Shown piece after piece: positions 13,701 to 28,700 of a stretch of 64,000 bases of DNA; the stretch's first letter is position 1; each line of letters opens with the position of its first letter. The stretch comes from Tubiluchus corallicola (taxonomy: Eukaryota > Animalia > Priapulida): NCBI GenBank assembly GCA_030141605.1, contig JAQGDQ010000082.1, positions 620,001 to 684,000 of the forward strand, read 5' to 3'. The position numbers and the translations under genes were made by a program. Under the pieces are notes generated by a model that was not told the origin of the DNA, made no database searches, and saw only the letters and a program-made list of their open reading frames with translations.

Positions 13701-16700
13701 AAACAGACGAAAACAAATGAGTCGACTTTGTCCCTATGAGGAGTTTCGTTTCACGAATGGCTTACTGCCCAACGACTCGTTCAATGTTACGATCAACAGA
13801 TCATTTAAGTGGCTCAGCTAGGGTATATGCCCTAGCGTTAGAAGCAGCTAGTTACGAACTCAAGACTACGTGGTTGTCTAAGTCCGAAATCTAAATCACT
13901 CCGCCACTCAACCCAGGACAAGTTATCTCAGCTGTTACTTAATTTCTCAGACTCAATGAATGCCCTCTGAGAAAAGCGAATGGTGAAGTAAGCCAAACGT
14001 CAGAAGGGATGCTAGAAAGGACGAAAAACATCTAACCCACGAGAGATTAGACAAGTTTAAAAATTATTACACCCTAAAAAATCTCATTCCCGCAGTCAGA
14101 TCATTAGTTTTAATGATGGCAGTGAAAATTTAGAAAAAGAAACAAAAGAAAACAATGTTGCCACGAGAGCAGCGCCCACCATTCAAAGTCAGCGAAAGTT
14201 GATGTTTTCACAATCAACTTTGGCTTTAACTGACACAAAAACTTAAGTAAATATTAAAGTAAAATTGAATTAACGAGTTTATGTAACTTCCTCAAAAATA
14301 CTTTTCTGGGGAAACAAAGGATAAGACTGCCAAGAACTCATTAGATGTAAAAAAACATACTACATACATATTAAGTAGATTAACTGAATCTTTAAAAAAC
14401 AGAACAATATGGCGCATACGTCAAAACATTACTGAATTACGAGTACTTATAATCTTAGGTTGAATCACACTTACGTTGCTTAACAGCTTCCAAAACCCTG
14501 TTTTGATACACGCCCTAGAAAAACCCAAAACGCAAATATTCATGCATTTCACCACAGAATAGCCTTGAACGAACCGGACCGTCTGAATTTGGTCCTCGAT
14601 GTAATTTATTTGTCAAGCAATTAACGCTGACGTGAAGCATGAGGCTTTGTATGGTGGGAAGAAAGCGAAATAATCCTTTGATTTGTTCAATAAGGGATTC
14701 AATTTCGAAATTCTGTTCCAGACATTAAAATAAGACGATTTCAGCGCTAGCTCGCCGAAGAAATCTAGCGTCATTATTGAAAGTCTGTGGGAAAATATGA
14801 GATGTAATCACGAGAACGAAAAGAGACGCGTTGTGTAAACATTAATGATTTACAATGTAGAAAGCATTTTGCGCAGTTATAATCACACATCCTATACAGT
14901 TTTACAACTGTTATATAGCTCGGTTTTCTGGTAAAATGCGATCTAGCACTAAAGAAAGCCAGCAAAGTCTATATAATGTACACAGTTGTGGCGGAACCGG
15001 AGCCTATCTCACTACGAAATCCTCTAAGATGAGATGCTTGACAGGTATAGACGTGTCTGAGCGTTTGTTACTAAGTACTTTAATTTTTTCTCTGCAATAA
15101 TATACACCAGTTTATTATGAACATGAGTCATCTGTCTGCAAATTTGTAACATATGGGCATAGAGTTTGACTCATGTGAATAACAGTAAATGACAACAAAA
15201 ATTTGTTTATAAAAACTGTAGTTTGTAGCTGAGTAAGTTTCAAATAACCCTGAAAATCTCCGGTTAAGGGTAAAATATTATGATTACAATTCCCCAGCCA
15301 TTAGGATGTTTTGAATTGAAGTTACGGTAAGGTTATATAGTCTCTTCTGACGCGATGACGATACCCTCCAGGTAAATATATCTATGACAAGACCTCCTGT
15401 CACTATGACTCACACGGCCATTACCACATGCAGGTGTGCACATACACCAGTTTTTACCTCAAAACGTTCTCGCAATCAAATCATAATCAACGCAAGCAGA
15501 GATGAGGGATGCATTCAGGCACTCACACAACTTTTATGAGCCACCATGATATGACGGATTACCTGTTGATTTAATTCAAGGACACCCACGCATGTGTGGT
15601 TTTGCCCAGGAAACCACCACAGAGTCCACGGCGTGATCTGGGTTTCAAAAGATAATCATGACATTGTCGCATGGCTACACCTGAATGGCGCGAGTTAACA
15701 CTTCTCCATTGATATTCATGTTACTCGTTTTGATTACTTCTATGCTGGCCACAGATATTTGGATGCGTTCCAAAATAAGTTAAGATTGATCACAACTCGT
15801 GACCGTTTGACCCGTATTGTCAGCTGAACTCGTCACCTGTATAGATGGTTGCTAACAACATCAAGTACGCAAATCCAGTCACGTTAAAAATCATACATTA
15901 AGTGAAACATCACACATATCTGTAAATATTAATTTCGTGTAATAAATTTAATAACATTGATTTTAGCTTTTTCTGAGCACGAGTGACACACAAGGACAGT
16001 CACTGTGCAGTCAGGAAAAGGCGGGTGGCAAAGAGCATCACGTTTTCCATTTTATGGTGTACATGACTCCTAATACAATATAAAATATCTCCCACTTCTT
16101 GGTCAAGTACTAATGAAACCTCAATCAATTAAACAAAGGGCGTAGAACTTATTTAACAACAATTCGGGTTTGAGTGTAATCCTGCAAGATAGGTCTGGGA
16201 AACGGAAAGGAACACGTCTGGGAAATAACAAAATTTCAACGTTTACTTGCGTTCAGCAATGAAAAAAATATCAGGTACTCTACACTGCACCACAATGGAA
16301 ATTACACCAGTGTATAGCTATCGCCGAGGAAACCCAATAAATGGAAAGCATTACCGCAAATAAATAATCACATAACGACATCCATGGTGCACAGAGAATA
16401 AAAGAATAGCCTTTGATCATAACTCAGTTTTAGTATGATGATTTACCGAAAACGCCGAAATTTTTACGACCCTTATGCAACAGAGCTCTGCCGACTATAG
16501 ATGCGGGCATTGAATTACTATATTGATGTGGTCACGTACGGCAAAGGTAATGCAATAAATTAATTTTAATGACCAATGAATGTTCAATGGTAACTATTAT
16601 GTGGTAACACCGCTCAGGCATAGAGAAGTTAGGTTTACTTTTTAAGCAATACCTGCAAAGAAAGCAATAAAACTACATTATACTAAAGCACAAAGTTGGA

Positions 16701-19700
16701 AAAAAGGTAACAGGAAAAAAAGGTAGTCACTGAAAAATGCATAAACTGACCACAGTGACCATCAGCAAAGACAATTCTATAATGTGATTTCTTCTAACCA
16801 AATTTAGAAGTAAGCACATCTTAAACAATTTTAACATATAGATTGCGTTACTTAGTTCAGCCAAGTTACCATACAACGCATTATTTGTGATGTGTGGTTT
16901 CCACTGATTTATGAAATTAAACGCTTTTTGCGTAGCATGCAAAATTTAAATAGGATTGGCTTCGCTACTTTTTGCAGTGTGTTAACGACTGAGGATATTT
17001 CAAACGTAAGTGTTATGGTTACACGTGCGGGATAAGCAATAAGTATTGGCAGTTTTCCAGCAACATCGCAGCAAAAACTATGAGCCAGCAGCAATATAAA
17101 ATATAATTTTAAACAGTAAAAGGAGGAAGATGGTAAAAACTATGAATCAACAGTAACACCATTATTTAAAGTATGTATATACCTAATTCTGTAGTTTTTA
17201 CACTTTGTGTTTTGGATCAATGTATATACCTAATTCTGTTGCATTTACAGATTGTGTATTGGACTAATCTATTCTTAAAGACATTTAATTTCTTGGTAAG
17301 ATCTGCCCATAAATTATAAATTACATGCTTGACTTGAGTAGCTTGGTAATATAAAATAATAATTTCGTGCTACTGAGAAAATGTGAAAAACTAAATATAC
17401 AGACTACCGACTTGCTCGTCTATGCTCCCACAACACTACAAAAGCCTATACAACAGTGTGACCAGAATTGCTGCTTTCGACCACTTTATTTTATTGCACC
17501 AATAAAAACTTGAATGGCGCTTTGAATGCGTTTAATATTTCAATGGCTGGGCTTATTGTTTCGAGCTCAGGTGTCACTGAACAACGCCCCTGCCTCAGTT
17601 TACGATGATGACTCAACAGAAGAAAAAGTCAAAATGGCTGCATGTTATCCGCATACAGATTCACGTGTTTATGATAATAGTCGCACATTTAGTATATAAA
17701 AAGAGATATATGATATGCAAGCTGTAAAGGCTTTACAAATGTGAAGGGTGCACTTAGCCAGGTACAGTGTACATACGTAATAATTACTGTCTTAAGTAAA
17801 TGTTTCTTACTGACATCAACAATTGTCCCTAAATTCAGACTTACATATCGCCAATTTAAAAATACGTTTTGTTGTAAGCACCTAATGTAAACATTAGTTG
17901 TCTCAGTATAGACAAATGAGTCAGCATAATCAAATACATTTACATCAACTATTTAAACTCCACATAACTACTGGCAGAGATTTTTACACTAGGCTTCGAG
18001 TATTATATTCTTTGCTAAATGTTATCTGAAACATATGTAAAGCTGAATGGAGGTTAACCTCTTTATTAGTACTTGGACGCACAAAAGCCTAATTAATTTT
18101 TTTGGCACAGTACTTAGCAAAAGTACAACGTATAACAAACTCTAGGCTACAGTGTAGCAGTTAACAGTAACAGCAATACTAGTTTCACGAGCTCAGTTTA
18201 AAACTATGCGGTTACATGATACTGGGCGACAGAATCATAAATTTCAATCATTCATTCTGCTGTTGGGAGTGACCGTGTCACCCGTAGAAGCGCATAGTCA
18301 TACTCACTCAAAATTGGACAAACAGTATCATAAACACTTGCCAAAGAGTTACAGTACCGGGCGTAAAGTTATAAAAGCCGATCGTAAAGTAATGCAGTCA
18401 ATGACCGTAAGATACCGTGAACAAAATTCACGCTAGCTGAATACCCGCGTTTGTAAAATGAGAAAACCTGCGTGCCTCACGCATGTCTCTTGTTTTGACA
18501 GTCAATTCACGCACGTTTTATTGTTTTCCAAAACAACAGACAACCAGATTGTTTAGAAATCCTGTTATACAGAGAAATTAATTCAATATGACGCGAATCA
18601 AAGATATCAAATATTTAATAAAGTTACTCTAACATCACATACAATTGTCATGTCAAGCTGCGAATGTATAGGCAAAGATGAAGCCTTTACACTAGTTTGT
18701 TACAAATTGCTTCTAATTTTATTTTCGCATTAAATATTACATCCATGGTTCCTGGGAATCACGCATGTAGGCTATAATGAACTAATGAGTATTAAAGGAT
18801 TTTGGTCTGCCCTCTGTCATTAACCACCTCCGCCCACCCGCAAACTAAGTGTCTACGCCACTCTTTACCAACCTCACTATCACAAGAGTGTTGCCTTACT
18901 GTAAAATATAAAAACCACTGTATTTTATAATAATTATCACCACTACACGGCAATATTAAATAATTCTCTTACTAATAATACAAGGCGAACACTTAAAAAA
19001 ATCAAATTAAGTTATTAAAAGATGAGAAGTACATTAATTATTAATTTTTTTATTAATTAGTTAAATATTATTACTTAGTTTTTCAGCACTTTTGTATATA
19101 CTAGATCACTCACCAGAAATTTAGTTTCTGTTCTACAACCTGAGTAGATATCAACATGCAAATCAAAAACTGCCCTTCTTGTGGCCCTTTTCTTATTTTT
19201 CCATGCAAATTTTTTAATCATGTCTGCTGTTAACTGTTTCTTACGCAAACTTATATCACCAATTAAATCCAAAAATTATATACCACACACTGTCACGACA
19301 CAACAGTTTTTAGCAAAAATTAACAAGTTCTTATATGGTCTTTTAAGCTCTATAACAAGGGCTTAAGAACACAATACAAACGATTTGACAGTCAACAGTT
19401 AAAAACGTTACACGACGCGCGACATAAGCCAGGAGAATTTCATCTTGTTCTTGCACACACGTAACGTAACGCTCTAATGATGAAAATGACTCGATCTCAA
19501 TTTACTGATTAAACCAACAGTTGAACCCAGGTCCATCAATCAACGTCACATTAAAAACATTTTATGATAAATCCACAGGTTAAATTTCGATTTGCACATT
19601 AATTAATCTAATTGAACTAATAGCCGCTTTTTCTCGGTCAGGACTATATTCATAATACAACATGACATTTAAACTATTGAATGTTAATAAGTATTTAAAT

Positions 19701-22700
19701 ATGGCAGCAAAAGAACCTACATACAGAAATATAGCTATGCTGCATGATGATGATTCCGTCCACGTTAAAGATCGAAAGTATAGGCCTAAACGGAACTGAA
19801 TCTCTATTATACAAGAAATTGGTCAATAATCGTTTATATTTCTAAACGCCTCCATTGCATTCAGAGGTTTTTGCACTCTCAAGTCTAACCGCTGCACCTT
19901 TTATTTTTTGGAAGATCAATACCACACAAGCGTAAGTGTAAATTCGTGTTTAACAAGAAAATGATAGAAATCGCAAAACACTTATTGTGGTTTATGCCAT
20001 TGAGATTCTAGTCAATATAATGCAGTGACTTGTATTTTACAGTAATCTCAAGTTTTTCAACATCGTTGATATAGACCAATGTAGATATTGCTAGTCTCTA
20101 ACATTTAAATAGCAAGACAATCACACTATCTGAGTGATTTGGCTTTGGAGAAACAGAAATTGTACAATGGTGTCACTCGTCAGAACATTTCAGTAAACTC
20201 GTGCCGTTTTACAAGCACTCAAGAACACTCAAAAGCCTTCGATAAATTACAAAATGGATGTGTCTGAAGATACAGTTTGGCAGTTCTTAATGAGTTGCGT
20301 GTCAAAGAAAGAGTTATTTTGACAGTAATTGCTTTTCATGTAGATACTCTTCACCTGACGAGGAAATAACTTTTCTTCCTCAAAAATTTAACAATATTGG
20401 GGGTTTTTCTTCCTTGTGTTAAAGCAAGACACTATGCAAAAGAAAACAAGCATATGAAAATAAAACTTGACTATGATTAAATTTGCAAAACTTATGAATA
20501 AAATTTATGAAATAAAACTTAATTATTAATATTAATAACAAAAAATTTATTATCACACATTATCTAAACATCTTAGTTATAAACAGGTGACCCGAAATTT
20601 GCACGGTAAACTACACATGATTTGACATAAATGTATCACTAACATGCGGTAAAAAAATAAAGAACTGCTAGGACTTGAAGCCAGAACTTTACTCTTCTGG
20701 AACATAAAAGCGGCAAACAACAAAACAACGCACGCAAAAACAACAACAGACAAAAAACAAGGTAGATTTTATAAGGAGCATCAGTTAATATTGCTTGTAG
20801 TGGGTACAGATTAAACTACAGACTTTTCTAAAAAAAACTTGATAGTTTACAGTGAAATACTGTACTTTAAATAACGTGATTATGCATGTTTGTTTGCAAG
20901 CTATCATTAACGAACAATCCTACAATAAAAAACCAAAATCACTTACTAGCTTTTACAACAAAATATCTTTTCTTTGCAATTCTTGGAAAGAAAAATGGCT
21001 AGTTTACATTGATTGGTTGTTCTCTTATACATATAAAACGATGCTTCATTAACAATCTTTCAAATAACACTAAAATCGCATTATACTATGCACAGAAAGG
21101 CAGGTGGTCACCACCTCAAGACACACCAACAAACAAACAGACTGGTCAAAGAGTAAAACGCTTTTGGTTACAAGACAGGTGACAATTTTAGTACTGCTAG
21201 TGAGAGATAATCTATCTTTCTAAAGAGGCTATTAAGGTATTGTACCCGCATCAAGTGATTAAAGGGTGACCTACTGTTTGATAAGTATAGGTTTCAGCAG
21301 TGAAAGTGTCTAGTCACCTGTCAAGATGCTGTGCCATGTGGTCAGTATGCACCTGGATGATGCTGAGTAATTCATGTGGTCAATCACTTGAAAAAATAAA
21401 CAAGTAAATGGGACGCTTACATTTTCCCACCACCCTAAATTTAAAGACACGATAAAGAAACATTCGTAGAAACGAGAATGTTGGCAAGACAGACAAATTA
21501 GAAAACAAACCCACGTGGAACCTAGCAGTACAGTATACACATTTGTCAATTAGGCAAGAACGATCAAGCCATACAATGATAGAAATAATAATAAAGGCAA
21601 TAATTATAACTGTTCATGGGTGTTCACATGTAATAGTGTAAACCAGTTGCAGATGCAAAAACGATGAATCTGAGTGACATAACCTACACGTCTCAATTAC
21701 GAAAACTCAGGTACATGGTGGTGCACCATGAAAGCCCTAAATCACAATTTAAAAAACTTTGGAAACATTTATATAAAAAAATGAAATAAGTTGTCGTAAA
21801 GGCCTCTAGTATATACTGACTAAACAAAATAGTAAATGTGCAATATTTGGACAAAAGTTCAGACACTTGCCTGAAAATGGGAGGAAATACAGATTACAGA
21901 ACCTAACTATCACTGAACCTGGTGTAATCTTACTAATGAACCTATATATAATTTATGCACAGATGTTAGCTTTAACACAGTCTCGGAAAGTGGCTCTCGA
22001 TACTTCAGAGATAAGTAATCTTGCATTTAAATGGTCATCCCGTGTCTCTCACAGCTAAATTTATCCATATGGCACGAGGCACAGACAAAAGTTCTTCACA
22101 AATGCTTATAGAACTACAGGAAGTTCAGTAAATAGAACAGCAGCAGGCTCAGTAACACCATATTGCCATCGGAAAGGACTTGCCTAACAGAGGCGGTCAA
22201 CTATTCATGTTAGATATGGCGCCATACGAACCACACAGTCAGCATGTTCACACACGCGTATTTAAAATCAGAACCTAAAACGTTTGCGAAAAAGGTTCAT
22301 TAAGTTTTGTGGAATGATAAATCCTAACATTCAGCCTTTCTTTAGCTGCTTTAACTGCTTGCTTTATTTCTTTTCTTTTGTTCATATTTTCTTCCTCTGC
22401 TTTCGCCATCACATTTTTGTAGGTGAAAAGGGTTACAGGTGCCTCAAAGTAACACTTTGAGCTTTTTTTATTATCAGATTTCTGCTTGACATTATTAAAA
22501 ACTTGAACTGGATCTACGATTCGGTAATAAACCCGCATATAATTATTTTGATTTATAATGTAATGATTAAACGCATACTACAAATAATTAATTTTACTCT
22601 AAAAATGAGATTTTTTTCTTGATGAGATGGGACGAATAAGAAGACAGGTAATTCAGTTGCCTGACAAATTTATCTCTCGCTTTCTGCTCTCCTGTCTGGG

Positions 22701-25700
22701 GCGTGATTGTCCTAAAACCTGCCTGACGAGTTTTCCTCCATTAAATGCCAACATTCATTATTATTGAATAGCTGATTGTGTGCATGGGAAGAGCTGTGCA
22801 GCTCTGTGGATGCACTCACAGTGCCAGTCACATCACATCATAGATAATAAATCCTATGAGGACACAGATAAGAAATCAAACGAAGACCTTTAAAATTATA
22901 GGTAGGGTCACTACACGCTTAGGTCATTTATGTTCAGGTTCACGCTTGAAATTATGTAGTAATAACCTAGACTACATGTGATATCGTCACTCACACCACG
23001 TCACAAAACAGATATCCTATGTTAATGAAAACATAATATTTTAAATTTTAAAATTAAAATTAGATGTATGGGCCTAATCGCTGATTTGTGTTTATCCCAT
23101 TCGTGTAGAGCAGTCATCAGCAGTTTTACACATAAAATCGTAGAAATGATATTAAATTCATACGGGTTTTTAATACAGTTCTCTGCTTCTACGTTTGTTG
23201 CAAACCAAAGCTTAAAGCAAATTAAAAAATTAAACATATTTCCTGCTTCTGCACAGTCAAAGTGTCCGTTAGCCCATCTGGTTTATTAATCATTTAAATG
23301 AACGCATTTTCTGTCATATAGCTCAATTTCTTACGATATTTCCATTATTTTGCCAATGAAGTTGTTATGAAATGACTCATTTTGTTATTGAAAAATCGCT
23401 GCATTTGTAGCAAGAAAACACTGATGTAGATACAATATCAGCTCAACAAAAGAGCCGACAGGAAATGATCTCTTTCCTCACGTTTGATGTTATTCAGTTT
23501 ACTTTTTTTCCTTTTTGCGGAAACAATTTTCAATTTTAGGAGATTTTCAGTTCGTTCAACTGAGCATCTGAAATCTTCTTGTTTTACTCACCAGTAATTC
23601 CTGCAACCAATTCTGCTCTTAAATCCTTAACACCCTATCAAATTCCAATTATGAAGTCAAAAATTTACTATAAATACGAGACAAGGAATAAATTCCCACC
23701 ATTTCAGAAAATCGAAACTATTTTCATGGCTAAGACTAATCTTCCAAATCCCACGTATTTGTGTAGCTTCTTAAGCCCCTGATTCGTCACACTAAGCCTC
23801 TGATTCGTCATCTTTTAACAAGTCGTTTTCATGAGGATTGTGCATCGCCACAGCTTAACTTTTCAACGCTGTCCAAACATGAAGGTGTCAAACCACTTTT
23901 AAAGTTAAACTGCAAATAAGAGGCGGGCATTTTGAATAGAAGACTCAAACAATAGATGCTCATCGGGAAACAATAATGGACGGGAAGCAAGACTCTCTAC
24001 CAAGAAGTCAAGAATCTCATCAATAGTAGACAGAGTCAATTCGACTTGTTTATGAATTTTATCCAACGTTCCTGGGTAGAAATGTTTGTTAAACGGGATA
24101 AAAAGATTTAACGATTGAAATATTTTCTGCGTATGTTTGTTTAATATCTGCAAAACATGATAGATATTGAACAGACTTTTGGCTTATGGCTATTCTCAGT
24201 CTTTAGAGTAAATAAAAGCGTATAGTGAACACTAAACTGTGTGGGAAAATATTTTAAATTTGGAATTAAAATAAGCGATGTGTAGCTGTTCATACCTACT
24301 TCTTACCGTTGAAAAGATATTTTGTAAAACGTAAATCTATAATACAATCTTAATTATGTAATGGCTATTTTTACGTATACGTGTACGTGTGTTTAATAAC
24401 ATAAAGGGCAAACCAAGCATATCAGAAGTAGATTGCTTCTACGACTTTACAATACTGAACATCATAATTTCGGTCATCAATCTTCGAAGGCTAAAGGGAA
24501 AATCATGTATCTTGTCAGAATTTCACGCCCTCTTAGCGTGTTATGGCGCTGCGGAATAATAAATAGCTACCAGAAATCAACCACCAATAAATTAGAATTC
24601 ATACAAGTAGACTATTATTCAAGCACTACACAAAAACAGCTTTCAGACAACACCGTTCTTTACTCACCTGAAACTGTACTAACGAGAGTGAAAGAGTTAA
24701 TCTCTAATTGGCTTATTTTTGATGTAGTTTCATTCCGAATGTTTTGATTTCAACGTTTGTTTATTCTATAGTGCAAAATAATAAACGCCTGACTGTAATG
24801 AGCTTCTCGAAAGAAACAAGCATGTACACCCCTTCACCCCAACTCGTCTGCGATGGTCTGTCACATCAAATAATTAACGATCAATCATTCAAACTCATAT
24901 GTACAATTATAATAACCTATTTGCGTGATTCGAAATCCATGTATATTATGCACTTTCTAATAATATTAAGATTGAAAACGGCAATATACTAGTGTGTGCG
25001 CCAGTCACTCTTGCAAAATCAATGAGTTGTGCCACTTAATATCAAATTTATTAAGGTTTAATTGCAATATATATATGTAAACACGTGTCATAGAAAATTA
25101 TTGTCTTATAATTATTATGCTCATTTAGTTTTGTATAAAAACGCACGCATAATGAATTATCTAACAATTGTTTTAAAATATTAGTTGATTCGTGTTCTGA
25201 ACACTTTCACTAAATATATTTTCAGTGGTAATAAACTATGAACCTGAAGCCTACATGTGTGCAGGACGCTTAACTTGTAGTTAACTAACGGTTTTAAGAG
25301 CTACGAAACAGCGTACGAGGCCTATTATTAACATAATTTGTCCAAACAAACGACATTCGTTATAATATACAAAGTTCGGCGGACGCTGGGAAGAAAGCTA
25401 AAGCGTCTTTGCAAACATATAATTTTCATTTTTAGTCACTGCGCTAAGTGTTTTCCCTTTTTACAAAATTAGTGGCTCTAAAAAAATTGACAACCCCCCC
25501 CCCCCCAGCCGCCAGACGGCTGGATACAAAACCAATACAGATTGATGTTTTATAATTCGTTTAGTTACAGTAACAATGCGGTAAATAGCATACTTTAAAT
25601 ACCAACAGGTAAAACACCAATATTACCCATGTTACCTGCACAAGCAGAGGTTTGACATCAGTGATAGACAGGTGAGACAGATGCGCCTGATTACAGGTAA

Positions 25701-28700
25701 ATACCTGGCAAGTTTTTGCGTCCAGAAAACTCGCCCCAGTGTTATGGCGCATAAGTGCATAAACTGTTCGTAAGCACAGTAACACCTTGTGATACCCAAG
25801 ATGATGATGATGATACTGATGGCCGATAATGATCGCCACTTTGCAATTATCAATAATTTTTATGAAGAAATAATTACGATGATGATAGGGAGAGGAACCT
25901 GTTTTTCAGGTGTGACTCATTGTGGATTCGTGGTATAATTTTATGCAAACTTTGTTCGCATAATCCGTCCAACACTTTCACTTAATATATACCTTTGCAT
26001 TTGGCACAATATATTATGAATTAATTGCATGGATATATTTCACAAAACTCACAAAACTTATATTCAATCTATTAGTCTCACCTGGCCTGTTAAATGACTG
26101 AGTGGTTTGAAAACTCATTTCTTGGTCTTCAATAAACAGGCAGTGGGAGCATAGAGCTCTCCCATATACTGATTAAGTTTCTATATATACCTATCAACAC
26201 CTGCTGACCACATAACTCTAAATAGCTTTTCTGGTGAGTAGAGTAGGTTAGCAGTTATCGAATTGTAATTTATATCATAAGCTAATCCATCTAATTTGTA
26301 ACTACCTAGTATATTATAGCTTATAATTGTTATAAATTGTTATAGTACAAACAATGTAGTCATTAGACAGAAATGTTACAATTTTCTTAACAGTTTTTCA
26401 AGAATTCAAGGGATGCACCTCATGCGCATATTCCTAGACATGATTATATTAGAAATTCATTTATTATAATCATTTCCACTTGTCCAGATATGGCATCACT
26501 TGTAGATTTTATCTTAAAATGTTCGACAGGAATTCGAATTATATAAATAATGCATTCTGTTCTTTTTTAGTAATGGAACATGTCTGATTACACATCTGCG
26601 ACGAATTATCTATCATTATATAGAATAATTAATTATCTTCTTCAAAATGCATTTAACCGTAATCAAGGTATTGAATGACACACTTCTTCAGCCCGCGCAA
26701 GGTACTGGGTTCAAATTCCCTGAATTTTCCAAATATTTTATTGATATTATGGATATTTACAGGCGATAATTCATCCAGGAAGAGGATAATTGGCTGGCAT
26801 GCTAACTGCAGCCACTTTTTTTACTCCAAAGGCCAATTAGTCGCCGAATTTGTACGATAATGGGTCCCCATATTAAAGCTTGTTGGACCACGCACGGATC
26901 ACCACGCACGCAAGGTAGGTAGTGAAGACTATAATAACAAATTTTCCTTCGAATATGACACAGGAGGTTATAATATCCACTTACTAATTTTTCTCAGTCA
27001 GCTGAGGATCTAACACATTTAAGATGTTAAACCCAGACTGATTATTGCTTAGCGGAGGATAATTACAATAAGTCAGTAAGCTTTTATGACGTAATGAATT
27101 ATGCGTGTATTGTTTCATAAAATTATTTTTACAAGGAAACATGTATGTCAACGTGAAACTCAAAGCACCCAATGACTTCACCTCTCTCTCCGGTCTCTCC
27201 GATCTTTCTAAGCAGCACACACACTAGTGCACGCATGGTGTATAGCTTGTTAACGATACGCACGCATGCATAAGCTCGAAAGCGGCCGACGACAACTCCC
27301 CCACTCAAGGTCTTAAAATCGAACAAAAGGCATTTCCGCGCAGCAAACAAAAGCACACCGGAAATACTAGCACCCATTCATGTGCTTTCTCAGAGCATGG
27401 TTCACCCCCCAGACCTGTAAGCTGTAAAACGGGATGAAGAAAGTAGGTTTGCTAATGCGACTAAAATGTTCCCTGAAACGCAAAAATCGATAAAATAGCA
27501 TCCTGTATGGGCTACCAGAAAAGGGATTTTGGAAAATTTCTTTAAAACTATAGCTGCGAACACTTAGGATTTCAAAAAGTGAAAACGCTACGGTATGAAA
27601 ACACATTTTACGGGATAGAATAATATGATTCATGCCTATAGATCTATAATCTCCTAAAAAGACTTAATACACAAATTACAAAGTTGTGCGCGCATAAGCA
27701 TTGGACAAAAAACCTCTCCCAAAAGTGTAATAATAGATTTGATTTAATATCTATAAAGGATGTTCTAAAAGAAACAGTGCACTAAGAAGTGTTATAAGCA
27801 CACAGTAGGTCAAACAAGTTATTTGGTAGAAAAATTGGAACAATGACGGCCTTTGTCAAAATATGAAATTATTTTTACGTCATAATGCAAGTCCAGGTTC
27901 ATTTTGTCATATTTCTATTGCACAGATTCTTTTGGAATGCCCTGTAGAACCAGTAACACTACAGCAGACTGCCGCAGGCAAACTTGCAAATTTGTTCCCC
28001 TGCTTTTAATAGCAAAAGCGCACTCGTAAAAAATTGCCCATTTCTTCCAAAAATCGTCAACACGAAAAGCTAAAAATGATTTCCGTCGCCTTTGGCGGAA
28101 AGGAAAAATATGAGCATCATGAATCAGGTAGCCTGAGTGAGCAGGTATATAATAATGTACCAATGATGTTCAAAATGGCAGACAGGATATGAAACGTATT
28201 CAGTGATCACGTCATTTGTACTCCATCGTGGGAACTGCAACACATTTACATAACACATTTGCATAATGACCAAAGCTCAGACCAAAAGAAATATAAGCCT
28301 TGTCAGCATAACTCGTGAAAATAACTGTTTATAGGCGTAAATCTAACATACAAAAACATGAAAATGCAGAGCAAAACTCTTAAAAGAGTGAAAATCAATG
28401 CAGGCAAAAATTTAACTCAATTAATCACTGAGTTACGACAAGCAGGTCATCAGCAGTTATCATGCTTCATTGAGTTTCAGAGCTTAACTGGACCCTCTAA
28501 AAAGTGACAAAAATGACTTTAGAAGTAATGAACACAAATGACACCTAAAACAATCAGCAAGGTATCAAAGCAAAATAACACCACAGCAACTATTAAACTG
28601 CTTTATTTTAAAAAAATAGTGTCTTGTTTCACCTCAAGACCGCGTGATTTTGCACACACAAAGCCTAATGACCAATGGAAGTGTGAAAATTATCTAGAAT

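Noticed and set aside
20356-20385. Second hammerhead-like core CTGACGA-GGAA...TTCC
   Set aside because: The stem is not followed by GAAA, and no helix I/III can be drawn.
25561-25853. His-rich ORF ending ...LLVQ|gtaaca in phase 0 as an alternative USP54 first exon
   Set aside because: No Cys-box similarity; the His run comes from an (ATG)n microsatellite and the donor coincides with a TACCTG/CAGGTG motif cluster. Cannot be supported without RNA data.
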